The notes under the pieces were generated by a model. That model had not been told where the DNA came from and ran no database searches. It saw only the letters and a list, made by a program, of their open reading frames with translations. A stretch of 64,000 bases of DNA from Amoebidium appalachense. Its lineage: Eukaryota; Protista; Ichthyosporea. The stretch lies in assembly GCA_963693365.1 (NCBI GenBank), contig CAVNZM010000016.1:6369029-6433028 (forward strand). Direction: 5' to 3'. Each line of letters starts with the position of its first letter. The first letter of the stretch is position 1. The position numbers were made by a program, and so were the translations under genes. Positions 36,918 through 51,109 of this stretch are shown here, in pieces.

Positions 36918-37662
36918 ATACACACACACACACACACTGTATCTTAGTTTACTTCCTTGTATTGTATTGTCATGATCAAGATATAGGGCCTGATCCCTCC
37001 ATCAGGGCGAGAAGCATCATCAGTTGCGTGTTTTCAAATTTAAAACGCACGAGAAATTCGTAAATGCATCCCACACAGTAAGTATACTAGGCAAGGCATA
37101 TGCATGTTCAAATTCGGAATCGACTAGGTATATATATCCGGATAACTAGGTATGTCAGGGTATCATAATTTACATGTTTAACGCATCAAATTTAAGCTGC
37201 TCCTACGCATGGGCACAATATTATTAACTCGAATTCCGAAGACAGAGTTGCTTTATATAGATTTGGCAACATTTTCTGTGTGACACGTAACCACCAAAAG
37301 GCATACTATTAGACTTGTGGCTACGTAAACATAAATTACTGCTAATAGTTCCGAACTTTCTCTAGATTTGGCCATGTGGTGAGGGATCTGGGGAACTAAA
37401 GCGAGTCGTGTGTGTGTGTGTGTGTGTGCGTGTGTGTGTGTGTGTGTGTGCACGTGCGCGCACACGTGCGTGCATGCGTGCGTGGGTACGTGTATGTGCG
37501 TATGTGTGAATGTCTTTTGCTCCACGTGTGGGGGTGTGCAGCTGCTCTAAACTGATCGCTCTAAGCTGATCGGTCATTCTTCAACCTAAATGCAGAATGA
37601 AAATGCTCTCAGATGCAAAAAATACAGAGTTAAACTTCATTCTTTCCAAAATTTTGTGGATT

Positions 37663-38228
37663 CTAACCCTGTTTAGGCTCAAAGAGTGCATACCGGGTAA
37701 CCATATCTGTGGGCACAGGGTATGAAAATTTCTCCTTCCCGTTCGTGTTTGCCTTGAGCTGGATTGTCTGTTTGTCGGTTATGTAGTCGGACACAATCGT
37801 AACATTTCCAACCGCAACCCCCTTAACACGTAGTATCCCTTTTCGTCCCCTGGCTGAAGATATTTAAGGGACTCGTCGGCCCACTTTCCATTTATGGCAA
37901 TAAACATGTCGTGGTATGCAGGGGCCGTGCCGTCGTTTCTCACGGTCACGTGTGAGGTCTTCGTTTTTGCATTCACGTGATATGACGTAATCACAAATTT
38001 GTATCCCATGCGCATGCCAACCTGTTTAAACCGGTTTATCTTCACTGTTATGTTGCTAAATTCCACGTTGTTCTCAGACCGAAGCGCGTGATTGGCTAGC
38101 GACCATGTGAGATGGTCGCGGTGGGCAACAAAGGCGATTGCTTGGTTGAACGTTGGGCCCGTGCGGGAAAGAGAGTGCTTCTGTACCCTGCGGAGTATGG
38201 GAGGATGGAGAGATAGGAGTGCGGGGGG

Positions 38229-38259
<31 letters not shown>

Positions 38260-38389
38260 GGGGAAAGAGATTCAAAAAAGGTAATCAGGTCAGATGAACC
38301 CTTTTGCAAACACACTACCTATTATAAGGGTCCATAGAGATATATGAGTGATGTAAGCAGAGTTTGAGGGGAGAAGGGGGGGTGGGCGG

Positions 38390-38423
<34 letters not shown>

Positions 38424-39249
38424 GTTAGGATGTGTTAGAGAGTACCCCAAGTACACATTGGCGACGGACAGCACAACACATCGACTAATTCGAAAGCACA
38501 TGATTGAAGGCGTGCTTCAGGCAGAGTACACAGTCCCCAGCCACAGGAGGAGACCAAGTCATCCACAGTTCTAGAGTTTCCATCCTTTCCTGTTGCATGC
38601 AAAGGCCCGGGGGGGGGGGGGGGGGGGGGGGGGGGGTGAGAAGGATGAGGAGTTAGACGGGAGGGGAACAACTCATCTTCGTAAGCAATTTCACCCCCAA
38701 AGGGCGCAACCATAAATCTGTCGTCATATCGCAAAATCATGATCTTGGCCACGTTTTGCATCCGATCTGGGTCACTTGCAAGCAGAGAATCCATAAAACA
38801 CCCAAATTTGATCTTAAGCAAATCGCGATTTAAGAAGAAAGGGCCCTGTAGGTATTGGGTGTCGGCTGAATCGACACTGATTTGCCAATGTGTAACCCTA
38901 AATGTTTTGCCCATCATTTTGAGAATTTTGGCTTGGTATCCGTAATCGGGAAATTTGTGCCGAATCGGTATGTGAGATTGTATATGTGGTATTCGCTCCA
39001 GTGTCCAAACCCGACCTGCAAACAGTGAAAACAATCACGAGTTCGCATTCCTCCCTTTTGAGTTCACGTTCCACAAACATTCCTTTTACTCTACTGTACT
39101 CCAAGGCTGTGGCAAGGGAATACGGAGGAAATTTAAAAGGAGGATTATATGGGCAGTGTGTGGTTGTGTGTGTGTGGGTGGGTGGGTGATGTGGTGTGGG
39201 TGTAGGTGGGTGGGTGGGTTGGTATGTGTGGGTGGGCGGGTCGGTACGA

Positions 39250-39339
<90 letters not shown>

Positions 39340-39686
39340 GTGTGCGTGTATGTGTGTGTGTGCACACGCGCGCGCGTGCATGTGCGCAGGTCTGTGTGCT
39401 GGCAATGTTTTTGCGTGCGTGTGTGTGATTGAGTATGTGTGCAGGGCAGGAGGTGGTGGGGAAAGGAAAGGAAGCGGCAATGCATCTGGGGGAAGGGAAG
39501 GGACTCTCCGGGAGGGGGGGGGGGGGGGGGGGGAGGGGGGCGCAAGCATGTACCTGCAGAAAAGCCAAGCGCCTGTCACCATCGTACTTGGCAGCAAATT
39601 TACGGAAAAACTCAATATTGAAATCTCTTATCTCCTGCGATGCCCAGTTTGTATATTCAACCTCAGTCTCCTCAGAGGGATTACAC
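37663..39686 (-). pseudogene. Bacterial-type DUF4832-like (putative glycoside hydrolase) gene, 5'-truncated copy; exons 39554-39686, 38673-39015, 37663-38187
   Basis: FFRKFAAKYDGDRRLAFLQ|VGFGHWSEYHIY..FP..WQISVDSAD..FGCFMDS..APFGGEIAY..MGYKFVIT..VTVRNDGTAPAY..ESLKYLQPG. Frameshifts near 38947 and 37825. Family call by motif memory. Confidence 0.65.
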
Positions 39687-39718
39687 CTACCCTCACTCAC
39701 ACCTACCCACACACACAG

Positions 39719-40212
39719 GCGTGGAAATCCAGATTCCAAATCAGCGTCAGATTGGAAAGCGCAAAAGTTAACCTCGAAATTCACCCAAGTCAACCCGTTT
39801 AAAAGGGCCTGTTCTATACGCCAATCAAAGCGAAAACCCCGACCCTAGACCGCCAAGCAATGCGCTTTCCCTCGAATACTCTGAGTTTCCTTTTTCGGCA
39901 TAGTTAAAGAAAAGGGCAACTACAATTGGACGGTGGTTGAAGGGCAACTAACCGAGATTGCAGAGCGGGGCCACCAAAGCATAGTGCGGTTTTGGTACTG
40001 TATGCCAGGAAAACCATCCGGTGAACCGGAATACATCAAAAATTCAACGAATTATCGGCCAATCGTGGGGTATAACCCCTCTGAGGAGACTGAAATTGAA
40101 TATACAAGCTGGGCATCGCTGGAGAACAAAGATGTCAACATCGAGTTTTTTCGAAAATTTGCTGCCAAGTACGATGGTGATAGGCGTTTGGCTTTTCTGC
40201 AGGTAAAAAGGA

Positions 40213-40251
<39 letters not shown>

Positions 40252-40647
40252 AACCCGATGGGCTCTGTTCAAGTGTCTCCTGCCTGCACGCTTAAATTGT
40301 TTGATTTTGGATTTCCCAATTTTGTGACGTTTTGTTGATGCTCGTTGTTGTCTCCTCCATATTTCCAACCCTCTAACTCATACATCCCCCCCCCCCCCCC
40401 CACCCCCACCCCACCCCCTCCTTCCCCGCTCACCCCCCTCCCCCCCCCCCCCCCCCCCACCCCCCCCTCCCCCCTCCGGCTACCCGGTCATCACACAAAC
40501 ACACACACACACCAACGCACGTGCACACGCTGGCGCACATGCGCGTGGCCGCGTACACCCAACAGCACACCAACACCCAGGCCCATATACCCACACCAAC
40601 ACATACAACCATACACGCACACTCACACGAGGCCGTGCGCACACGCG

Positions 40648-40725
<78 letters not shown>

Positions 40726-41678
40726 ACATCTTCACCCGACCTGCTGCTCTCTTGCTCCGCATTATCAGTGTTCATGCAAGAGTGCCCAACTGACCTAAGT
40801 ACCCTGCTAACCATGAATCGTTTCCCCCTCCCCCTCCCCCCCTCCCCCCCCCCCCTCTCCCCGCCACCATCCTCTTCCCTTTATTTCCTCCCCTCCTTCC
40901 CCCTCCCCCCCTTCTCCCCCTCTCTCCCTCCCTCCCTCCATCCATCCCGTTCACTTTGACCTCCCCTTCCCCCTTCAGTTCCCCACCATGCCGTTCCCCC
41001 CCACTCCTTCTCCCTTGGTTCCCCCTCTCCCCTTCCCCACCCCCTACCTTTCTTCTCCCCCCATCCCTCCCCCTCCCCCTCCCTTCTCCCCCCCCCCCCC
41101 CCCTCTCCCCCCTCCCACAACATCACAAACCACAGAAGCATTCTCTTTCACGCACGGTTCCAACCATCAACCAATCAATCGACTTTATTGCCCGCCGCGA
41201 CCATCTCACATGGTCGCTAGCCAATCACGCGCTTCGGTCTGAGAACAACGTGGAATTTGGCAACATAACAGAGAAGGTAAACCGGTTTAAACAGGTTGGC
41301 ATGTGTATGGGATACAAATTTGTGATTACGTCATATCACGTGAATGCAAAAACGAAGACCTCACACGTGACCGTGAGAAACGACGGGACGGCCCCTGCAT
41401 ACCACGACATGTTTATTGCCATAAATGGAAAGTGGGCCGACGAATCCCTTAAATATCCTCAGCCAGGGGACGAAAAGGGATACTACATTAAAGGGGTGGC
41501 GGGTGGAAATGTCACGATCGTTTCTGATTACGTAACCGACAAGCAGACAATCCAGTTCAAGGCAAACACAAACGGGGGGGGGGGGAGGGGGGAGGGGAGG
41601 GGGGGGGGGAGAATTTACACACCCTGTACCCTGCGACATGGTCAATCGGTTTGCATTTTCGAGCCCAAACAGGATTAG
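39719..41678 (+). pseudogene. DUF4832-like gene, inverted second copy lacking the middle exon; exons 39719-40202 and 41136-41678
   Basis: VNPFK..LSLEYS..GNYNWTVVEGQLTEIAERGHQSIVRFWY..YDGDRRLAFLQ|GT. The last exon is highly similar to 37663-38187. Frameshifts near 39805 and 39895, and a G-run expansion at 41574-41610. Confidence 0.65.
40258..40386 (+). repeat. Dispersed intronic cassette family B (copies 36203-36309 + and 22607-22746 -)
   Basis: GATGGGCTCTGTTCAAGTGTCT..CCTGCACGCTTAAA..TTTGATTTTGGATTTCCC..GTCTC.TCCATATTTCCAACCCTC between poly-C tracts. Confidence 0.8.
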
Positions 41679-41965
41679 AACCACAACGACTGCTACATAT
41701 ATAGTGACTGCGAGGTTCGAAATCTGTAGAAGTGTGTAGTGCTGTGTCTGACCCGGCGTCTCTTCTCTGGGTACCATAGTATCTCGATCGACTAGTTTAT
41801 AACCCCCCCCACCCCCCCCCCCCACACACACACACACACACCCCCCCCCCCTCCCCCCCCCCCCCCCCCCCAGCCCCCCATCACCTCCCTACCCCACCAT
41901 TCCCCTCCACCTCTCGCGTATGCATACATTGTCAAACACGCTCACTAGCAACGCACATGGACATG

Positions 41966-42012
<47 letters not shown>

Positions 42013-42279
42013 ACGTACAAACGTACACACGCACACATTTGCCAATGGAAAAGATATTACTTAAAATGTTAAAAATGACGTATCCGAGTTTGTGAACTTT
42101 CTGTCGGCAATTCAATCATTCCGACTGTTTTCGCCTTATTTTAACGGGGTAATCCATGACGTTTTGTATCTATACTCTACTATGCCATATCGGATTTGAA
42201 GGTCAAACAATGTCCTTCGGTAACTTAGATCAGTGTTCACATGACTTGTGAAACTCGGTGCCTAAATGGGGTTAATATT

Positions 42280-42312
<33 letters not shown>

Positions 42313-43500
42313 ATGCCCCCCCAACACACACGGGTACACACACACCTTTTTTTCCCGCGAGGAAGGCCGGGAAGGGAAGGGTGGTGGTGGTGGTTTGGGG
42401 AAGGGGGGAGGGGGGGAAGGCTTCTCCGCATGCCGCCAGGCATTGTGACATGTTAGGCCTTTTTAGCCCCGCGGCGGCCCATCCCTCACTCCCCTGAAAT
42501 GTTGTACATGCTATCATCATCACCATCACCGTTACCGGTATACAACAATCACGTGCACATCCGCACAGGTAAGTAAGTATTTTTTTCAGCTTAATAATAA
42601 ATTTATTGATGTGCTCAAAGGACACGAAAAAAGAGAAATTGCAGATATCATTGTGCAAAGAAACGACTTTCGAGTCACTCAAATGTGGAGTAGTCTGGCA
42701 GAGAATACGTACCCAAAGTTTTGATACAAGTTTTTGGAAACAACCACTATATATTCATGAGACGACAGCATACGATGATGAAGTAATAGTCGTACAAGAA
42801 CACGCAACCAACCACACCACAACCACTACCCTCCCCAACCTCCCCCCCCCCCCCCCCCACCACCACCACCACACACACACACAAGAAAATAATTGGGGGG
42901 ACGGAGGAGGGGCGCCGGGGGCCGTGGGGGGGAAGGGGGAGGGAAGCGGCGCAAAGATGCATTATGGTCAGCCCCTGGCTGATCTAGATCGCAGATCGAA
43001 TATCCGTCTACCCTGTTGAAACAAGGCCGATGGCATGTAACAGTCACGTGACAGCTGACGCTATAAACAGTCATATTGACGCACGACTAGGATTCGTCAG
43101 CCTGAGCATTGGATGGCCCATGCAATCACCATCTCCACACACCCCTCCAAACACAGACACACAACACACACAAAAAAAAAGAGGAGGAGGGCGCGGGGGA
43201 AATAGAGAGCGAGAGACACACAAAACACAAAAAAAAAGAGGAGGAAGGGCGCAGGGGAAATAGAGAGCGAGAGACTTAGAAAATAAGAAGAAAAGGGTTT
43301 GCTATCACCAACCTCCCCCCCCCCCCCCCCCCCCCCCCTCCCCAAACAAAAAATAACCAATGAATAACTCAACTGATATGATATATACTCAGTTTTTCCA
43401 GAACAAGAACATATGCAGATATTGACATCTCGATCTAGACCCCCCTCCGTGCAATCATCACAGGGTCCAAGCCTCAACTCACTGTGTGCACGCCACACAT

Positions 43501-43698
43501 CACCAAAAATGGAAGACAACCAAATATGGTAGAAACCACCAATTATGGAGGAAGTTTCACCAAAAATGGAAGACAACCAAAACATCACCAAAAATGGAAG
43601 ACAACCAAATATGGTAGAAACCACCAATTATGGAGGAAGTTTCACCAAAAATGGAAGACAACCAAATATGGTAGAAACCACCAATTATGGAGGAAGGT
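43501..43698. repeat. ~57-bp minisatellite (CACCAAAAATGGAAGACAACCAAATATGGTAGAAACCACCAATTATGGAGGAAG), 3 full units plus 1 partial
   Basis: Direct tandem units visible in the sequence. Confidence 0.9.
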
Positions 43699-43907
43699 TC
43701 ATTTATATTACAGACCTTTAACGTCTGTTTTTCTCCGAATAATATTACAGGCCTTTGTAAAGCATCAACACACTACATACAAGATCATACCATCGTCAAG
43801 TATGCACCTGGCATATAACAACCAATAAAGTTCCACTAGCAGTAACCATTTATAGACATAATTGTAACCAAGCTACCTTTCCGGACATGGCTATTGATGA
43901 AGGCCGC

Positions 43908-44136
43908 TCATTGGGCAAGGAGGCGGTATGCCAGCTCGAACATGAGACCCAGCTGGGCGAAGAAGCCGAAATAACCTAAAAAAGGCAATATATTGGTCAG
44001 TAAAAGCAAATCATGATTGGTAGAGTCAAAGCGCCTCAATGCCCATACCAATCTTCTTCACTACCTCCTCCCTCCCCTCCCCCCCCCTGGTGCCCCATCC
44101 ATCCGTTTCAACTTCCACTAGTCACTAATCGTACTG

Positions 44137-44167
<31 letters not shown>

Positions 44168-44433
44168 AAAAGAAAAGAAAAGAGAAATCCCCCCCCCCCC
44201 CCCCCCCCAGTCTTCAATAAAAACAATCTACTAGAAGCTAATATGCATAGGCGGAAAGGGGGGAGGAGCAGGAGGGAGGGGGAGGGGGAGAAGGGGGGGG
44301 TGAGCCCTAACGATTAGTTTGGTTACGTCACTGGCACATAAGTCAGTCATCGACTAGCACACACCTACGGGCCTTTCAGCACAAGCAAAAAGGGGTGTGT
44401 GTGTGCGCGCGCGTAGAGATGGGTTGAGGGGCA

Positions 44434-44467
<34 letters not shown>

Positions 44468-45042
44468 AGGAAAGGTGAAGGCCCGACGATGGGAACAGAG
44501 CAGTGGGGAGAAACGATAAAATGCACGGGTAGATGGGGAAAAAGGGAGGGTGGGAGAGGGGAAGAGAGTGTGTGTGCGTGAGGAGAGGGGGGGGGGGGAG
44601 GGTTCATAGGGAGAATGAAGAGGAGCACAGCAAACTGTAAAAAGATAATAACATTCAAAAATCTGAACAAAGGAAGCCCTGGTTTTGGGAAGAAGGAGGC
44701 GGGGGGGGGGGGGGGGGGGGAGTAGAACACATCACGGGGTTCAAAATACAAATTCATGGGGGACAGTACAATACAGGGGGGGGGAGGGGGGGTCGTTACC
44801 GAAAAATCCGCGGGAGCGGGATGCGGGGTTGCCAGAGGCATAACCCTGCATGTAGGCAACAAAGCCCAGGGCACGAACCAGAGCAGCAATGGCACCAATC
44901 TCAGGACGGTACTGTGTGCATGTGCTTACGTAAGTATGTGACAGGCTTTCGTAACTACATACTTGTGTTCCATAGCCCCAACCCAACCAACATGCTAACA
45001 TCACCGACAGAGGAAAACTTACTCTCCGAGGAAGGTGGGGAA

Positions 45043-45073
<31 letters not shown>

Positions 45074-46144
45074 GACCATGAATTGGAAAGGTGCTACAAC
45101 CACGAACAATAGCTTGCCAACCAACACTGTCAATAGCGTACGAGCATAACAAAAGTGCATGCGCTACGTTATCACGTGTGCCATAGTAAACTGTTCAGTC
45201 CCACAACAAGACAGCTAATAACAGCGGCAAAAAAATGCATGTTTATGGAAGAACGAGGGAACCAAAAGAAGAAGTGAGTGGAAGGAGAAAAGATATGGTG
45301 TGTGTGTGTTGGCGCAGGAAGGTGTGGGTGGGTTGGGTTTTTTTTTTTTGTGTTTGTGTGTGTGGCCGAGGGAAGGAAAAGTAAAGAGGAGGGAGGTGCG
45401 GGAGAGGAAAGGAGAACACGGTTTATCTGTTTTGGTTTTTAGTAGGCGAATAGGGGCCCTCGGGGCCGTGGGGGAGGGTGGGGTGGGGGGTTGGGGAGGG
45501 TACCAGAGATGCAACAATGGTCAGCATGTAGTGAGTGGCAACATTTTCCAGCACATTCTGGTGGCCTCTCTGCACACAGTTGAATGCCTTGGCCTCGGCA
45601 CTGTCACCATCGGCATAAAGCTGGGAGGGGAGGAACGGGGGGGAAGGGACAGAATGGGGGGGGGGGGGGGTTGTTAGATTGCAGAGAACAAGGCGATGCA
45701 AAAGAGAGATACGCACAGCAGTATTATTAACACGAAGAGCACTGGCCTCAGGATGAAAGTTGTAATCAGGGCTCATGTAATACATGCGTTTTCACCAGCA
45801 TCATGGGCCAGGGGCCTAGCCAAGTTTGATAGTGTTGCATTTCTGGGATGGGGTGGAACATGAAAAGCAACGTGATAAGGCAGATGAAAAGCAACACGAT
45901 CAGACGGAAGACCGGGGGAAGGGAGGAAAGGAACATAAGGTACAAGGAGGGGGTGGCGGGGGGAGAGAAGAGGGGGCGGGCGTGGGGGCGGGGGGTGGAG
46001 GAGGAGGGGGAAGGGGGGGGGCATCTACCTTGGGGTAGTCGACCTTGTACTTCTTGCGGGCACCACCCACCATGAAACCACCACTGTGTGCACATAAAGT
46101 CAGAATATGATGTTCTAAGGAAAAAAGTGAATTATAAGGGGTGG

Positions 46145-46193
<49 letters not shown>

Positions 46194-46625
46194 TTTTCTT
46201 AGCTAGAAAAAGATGGGATAGTTGGGTTGATACAATGGCAATTTCTGTGGGCAACAAACCACGCAACAAGCTGCCACATGCAGGTGTGGATGCTTCTGCA
46301 GGTGTGGATGCTTCTGCATGATGTGGCTTCTATAGATGACCGCATTTAGGTATCACCTACCACACATCACTGATAGTTATGGGGATTCATATAAAAGAGA
46401 GAAACCATCTATATTCAACGCCTTGCCACAGTGCTAAACATTCTTTACACCTGCCAACTCAAATGTATGACCTGCATCACATCGTTCTGAGAGGCTGTAG
46501 TGTAAACTGCAAGGGGTTTCATATGGTGACACGTACTAGAAATGAACTGCCAAAGCAGAGAACACAAGCACCAACACCACGTAACCGTGGCCGGGCTGAA
46601 CGGTAATCTCGCTGGCGAAACTCAT
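43908..46625 (-). CDS. MAPEG family microsomal glutathione S-transferase 3-like, paralogue 1 (146 aa); exons 46537-46625, 46029-46083, 45504-45620, 44800-44911, 43908-43975
   Basis: MSFASEITVQPGHGYVV..GGARKKYKVDYPKLYA..FNCVQRGHQNVLEN..YMQGYASGNPASRSRGFFGYFG. Canonical GT-AG introns, in frame. Confidence 0.93.
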
Positions 46626-47324
46626 AGTTGATTCCTAAAAGATGAAGACTGAAAGGAGGCGAGAAAAGAAAAACAATGAACGAACACCTTAGCTACATGT
46701 ATGTATGTACGGACATCGAATCGATCTATATAGGGACATGAAATGATGTGGCATGCGTTCATTGGCCTAACCGTGAACATGACCAAGCACCAATAGGGAA
46801 CAAGACAATCATATGTCCAAAAATAACTATAAATGGTAGATGCAACAGGATATTGACACATGCATGCACACTGTACATGTTCACGATTTCTTCAATTTTT
46901 CGCAAAGAAGTGTGTTTTTTCTGCGGTTATGCTGTACATTGTGGTATTTGATTTTTTTTTTTTTTTTTTAGCATACCCTATTCACGGATGGACAATCAAA
47001 AATAACTAGCACGGTGGCAGCGCCAGAGTCGGGAACTTTCAGAATCTGCTCTGATTGGTGCTTACATGAAAGACGTTGCCTTTTTTGGAGTACTTTTGCC
47101 GCTTGGCTCCCCGGCTGCAGCCGCTGGCAATGCCTGGCATTGCTCTGGTCAACCTTCCCCCATCAGACGCCTTTGAAATACTGACAGAAGGGCATAAATG
47201 CAATCAATAGCATTTAACAGCTCCTATATGCGCCAACCATCAATAATTATGACATGCTGTCGACAAAGTCGGTACTGTCATGAATAAAAAATTTCGTCGC
47301 GAGTCGGAGGCAATGGAAGGCTTC

Positions 47325-47425
47325 TTCGGGATTGGTTAAATCTTAGCAGGCGCATCTCTTTTTGATTGGTTGTTCGGAAAACAGCAAAACTTCTTTTGAA
47401 TAGTCTGCATTCCTATTGGAGTCTT
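47325..47425 (-). promoter_or_regulatory. CCAAT-box cluster upstream of MAPEG paralogue 1
   Basis: ATTGG at 47331, 47365 and 47415 in repeat-free sequence. A 5'UTR acceptor (CCTTTCAG on the minus strand) lies just above the ATG. Confidence 0.45.
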
Positions 47426-47991
47426 GGAATTAATACTGAGCGAGAGAGAAGCGTCAATGAGGGGAACAAAGGTTTATTATTAAGATTAAAACTTTTAAAA
47501 CAGATTCAATAGCAATATATAATTTTTTATTCTGCTTAGGCAAGACAGTGTCTGCGTACTTTTGAGAGGAGCCCACTGACTCTTTTTGTAGCACTTTCTA
47601 TGTGACATCAACAGTGGTTTACCAAGGGGAATTTCCTACTGGATACTTATCACACTATTTATTTGCAGTTCTGGTACACCATACACGGCCTCCTCAGCAC
47701 GTGAAATGACTGTGCACATGTGGGCCCCGGAATTAACCCGGTGGTCTTTTCCTGAAGCTCGGAAGAATTCCAAAACGGTGTGTTTAAACACAGAGAAGAG
47801 GTGGAAGGAAGGGGATGTGACAGGGGAGGGAGGTGGGGAAAAAATTCAAGGGGTGTGGGTTGGTGTGGGTGGAAGTCTGAGTGGAAGGGCTGCAGCGAGC
47901 TGAGGCGGGCGCTGGCTGTCGGGTCCTCACAGGCTCACTCAGCGGGAAACCGGGGGAGCGGGTACCGGTCGTGGTGGTGGTGCCACGGTGG

Positions 47992-48093
<102 letters not shown>

Positions 48094-48223
48094 CACGTGT
48101 GTGTGTGTGTGTGCGCAAGTGCGTGTGTACACGTGTACATGCGTTTGTGTGTGTGTGCGTGTGCGTGTGTGTGCGTATGCTTGTGTGCGTGTGCGTACGT
48201 ATGTGTACATGCGGTTGTGTGAT

Positions 48224-48283
<60 letters not shown>

Positions 48284-49138
48284 GGCATGTGCGTGCACTT
48301 GCGTCCGTGCGCACATGCGCGCGCGCGCGCGTGTGTGTGTGTACTCGTGTGTGTGCGGGGGTGCGCGTGTGCGCGCGCGCTTATGTGTGTGTGTGGGTGG
48401 GTGGGGGGGGGGGGGGGGGGAGGGAGGGGGGGGGGGGGGGGGGGGGAGGGAGGAGGGGGAGAAGGGGCGTAGGGGGCTTCGTGTTGTAGTGCCGTTTTTC
48501 GTCGTGTTCTCACTTGCCAATCTCGTTCATATTTTTCATTTATCTTTGTCTGCAGCTGCGAGCGTTTGTCCATTTCGAATTTCGTCCCTACGTGCGGCCA
48601 CTGTAACAGTAGTAACGGTAAATCGTCACGCGAAGGCGTTTGTTGGGCAGGGCGCGAGCGGGCAGGGGGGCAGGGGGGGCAGGGGACGATAGGAGTTTCA
48701 AGGGAGGGGGAAGGGGGGGCCGCGGGGGGGGGGGGGGGGGGGGGGGGGAGGGGGGGGGATGGGATGGGATTTGACATGTAGGGGTTGGATATCTGGCGCC
48801 TGTTTCTGTGGTTCTTTCCTGTCTAGCGTTTGACCGCGTTCCGGTTTTCGGCTTTCCCTCTTGCCCACATCATCCTAGAAGATTGTGCACGGTCGATATT
48901 TAGGGATATTTCGATACACTTAGCCTATGTCAAAATACAACAAAGCCGCTTCTTCCCTGGGAGAAACCTACCCCCATCAGGGGAAATTCTACTATGTGCA
49001 AAGGCAGAGAGACTTCCCTTCCTCTCCCCCACGAGTCCCTAACAAAATTGCTGGGCTATCTTCCAAAGAAACACGAAACTTTGGCTACTCTTCCCCCCCC
49101 CCCCCCCCCCCCCCGGCCCCGTCCCCCCCCCCCCCCCT

Positions 49139-49224
<86 letters not shown>

Positions 49225-50886
49225 CTCACCCGATAGGTGATATTCCAGCACCAGACCCCCCTAGTTGTTGAAAACCTTTAATTTGAAAATTAGCACAAGC
49301 CCGTCTTAGGCTAGTCTCTTGTAAATTATTTAGCGAGATCGTTCTGCCATGTCTGTTTGATGGGCTCAGTCTAGAAAGTAAATATATAGGTCTGCGTGGG
49401 CCGGTACCCACCACTGGACAGCCGTGCTGAATATGACCTTAATGTAAGGTTCAAATCACCACCCCCCCCCCCCCTTCCCCCCCCCCGCGTACATACACCC
49501 CCACAACCTACCCACCCAAAGGACCACGGAATGCCACCCTGAAGAGTCGGCCCTATAATGCCAACAAAGGGCTAATGGTTCAGAGTCTGGGTGGGTTTTA
49601 ATCATATGTTACTCAAAGAGTGCAAATTCGAATTTCATAGTTCATGATATTATCATGCGTGATGGCATTCCATTGAATCGGCCGTTACTGGTTGTACCGG
49701 GACTGCCGGCGTGGCTGGAGTAGTAACCCTGGGCAAAGTGTGTACTAATAGTTAGGATTGTGAAGGATGGTTTAGCTTAGCTGAGCACATATACATATAG
49801 CACCCTAGCTAGTGTACTGTCGGTGCTGCGTGGTAGACGGTAGTTTCCCTAGAGGGCCTGCAAAGGTCCTCTGGGAACAAAACAGACACGCATGCACACA
49901 CACACACAACTCACCTGGGGGGGAGGGGTGGGAGGGGGAGGGGGTTGGGGGGGGGGGGAGGGGGGGGGAGGGGGGGGAGGGGGGGGGGGGGGGAGGGTTG
50001 GGAGGAAGAGGGATGATGCAGATAGAATTCGAAGGAGCGTAAAGCAACCATATCGATGGGGCTGGGTAGGGGCACGGGGGGGGGGGGGGGAGGGGGGGGA
50101 GGGGAGGGGGAGCGGTCGGGAAAGGGGGAGGGGTGTTAGTCGACTGTTTAGGTGAATGAGATGGAACTCTGTCTGGGTAGGGGTTGGGGGAGGGAGGGGG
50201 GGAATGGTAGTCAGACGGGATGGGAAAGCTTGAGTTGTGAGGGGGGGGGGGGGGGGGGGGGAGGGGGGAGAGGGGGATAAGATGGTAGTTGGGTCTTCTG
50301 GTGAAGCAAACACGTATGATGTGGTCCCCACAGGTGTGGGGTGGTGGTGTGTGTACACATGTGTGTGAGAAGAGGAAGGAGGCGGATTGGGGATGGAGAG
50401 GGGGTAATCGGGATGGGTGAGTAATATTGAATTGCAACAAGGGGGGCAGGAGGGGGGGAGTTGAGCGAGGAAGGGGGGTGGGGGGAGGGGGGCACAGCAT
50501 CGGGTGGTAAAAATCAGTGAGAGGGTCACCCCACCCGACTATCACCGCCCCCCCCCCCCCTCCCTCCCCCCTCCCCATTTCCCCTCACCCTCCTCCCCAC
50601 TCCCTAATTCCCCTTCAACCGCCCCTCTTCCGCCGCGCCCTTCACGACGCCATGCCAAATTTTCGAAGTTCCCCACCCCACCAAGTTTTGGATTGAGTTA
50701 ACTATTAACAGGGGAATTGACGAAATGAAGGGTGGATTGCAGTCGGTGGCTTCTTGAAACTTCGGGTTGCAAGGTGTAGTGGGTTATATTTTGAGTTACC
50801 CATCAAAAGGATGGAGGTACGAATACAGGGAAACTGAGAAACCCGAAATAGTTTTCCGGATGGTTTTCTTTGGGGTATGTGTGTGT

Positions 50887-50917
<31 letters not shown>

Positions 50918-51076
50918 GGGGGGGGGAGGGGGGGGGGGGGAGGAGGGGGGAGAGGAGGTGGAGGGGAAGTCGACGATGGGGAGAGAGGGAGAGGAGGGGG
51001 GCAGGGGCAGGGGGAGGGGAGGGGGGCAAGCGATGGGAGGCGGTAGCGTAGAGGCTTTGGCGCCTATATGGTGTGG

Positions 51077-51109
<33 letters not shown>

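Noticed and set aside
33230-37063. Long Pro/Ser/His-Thr/Cys-Val-rich ORFs here and across the window
   Set aside because: They are translations of poly-C/G, (CA)n and (GA)n tracts that lack stop codons, with no domain signal.
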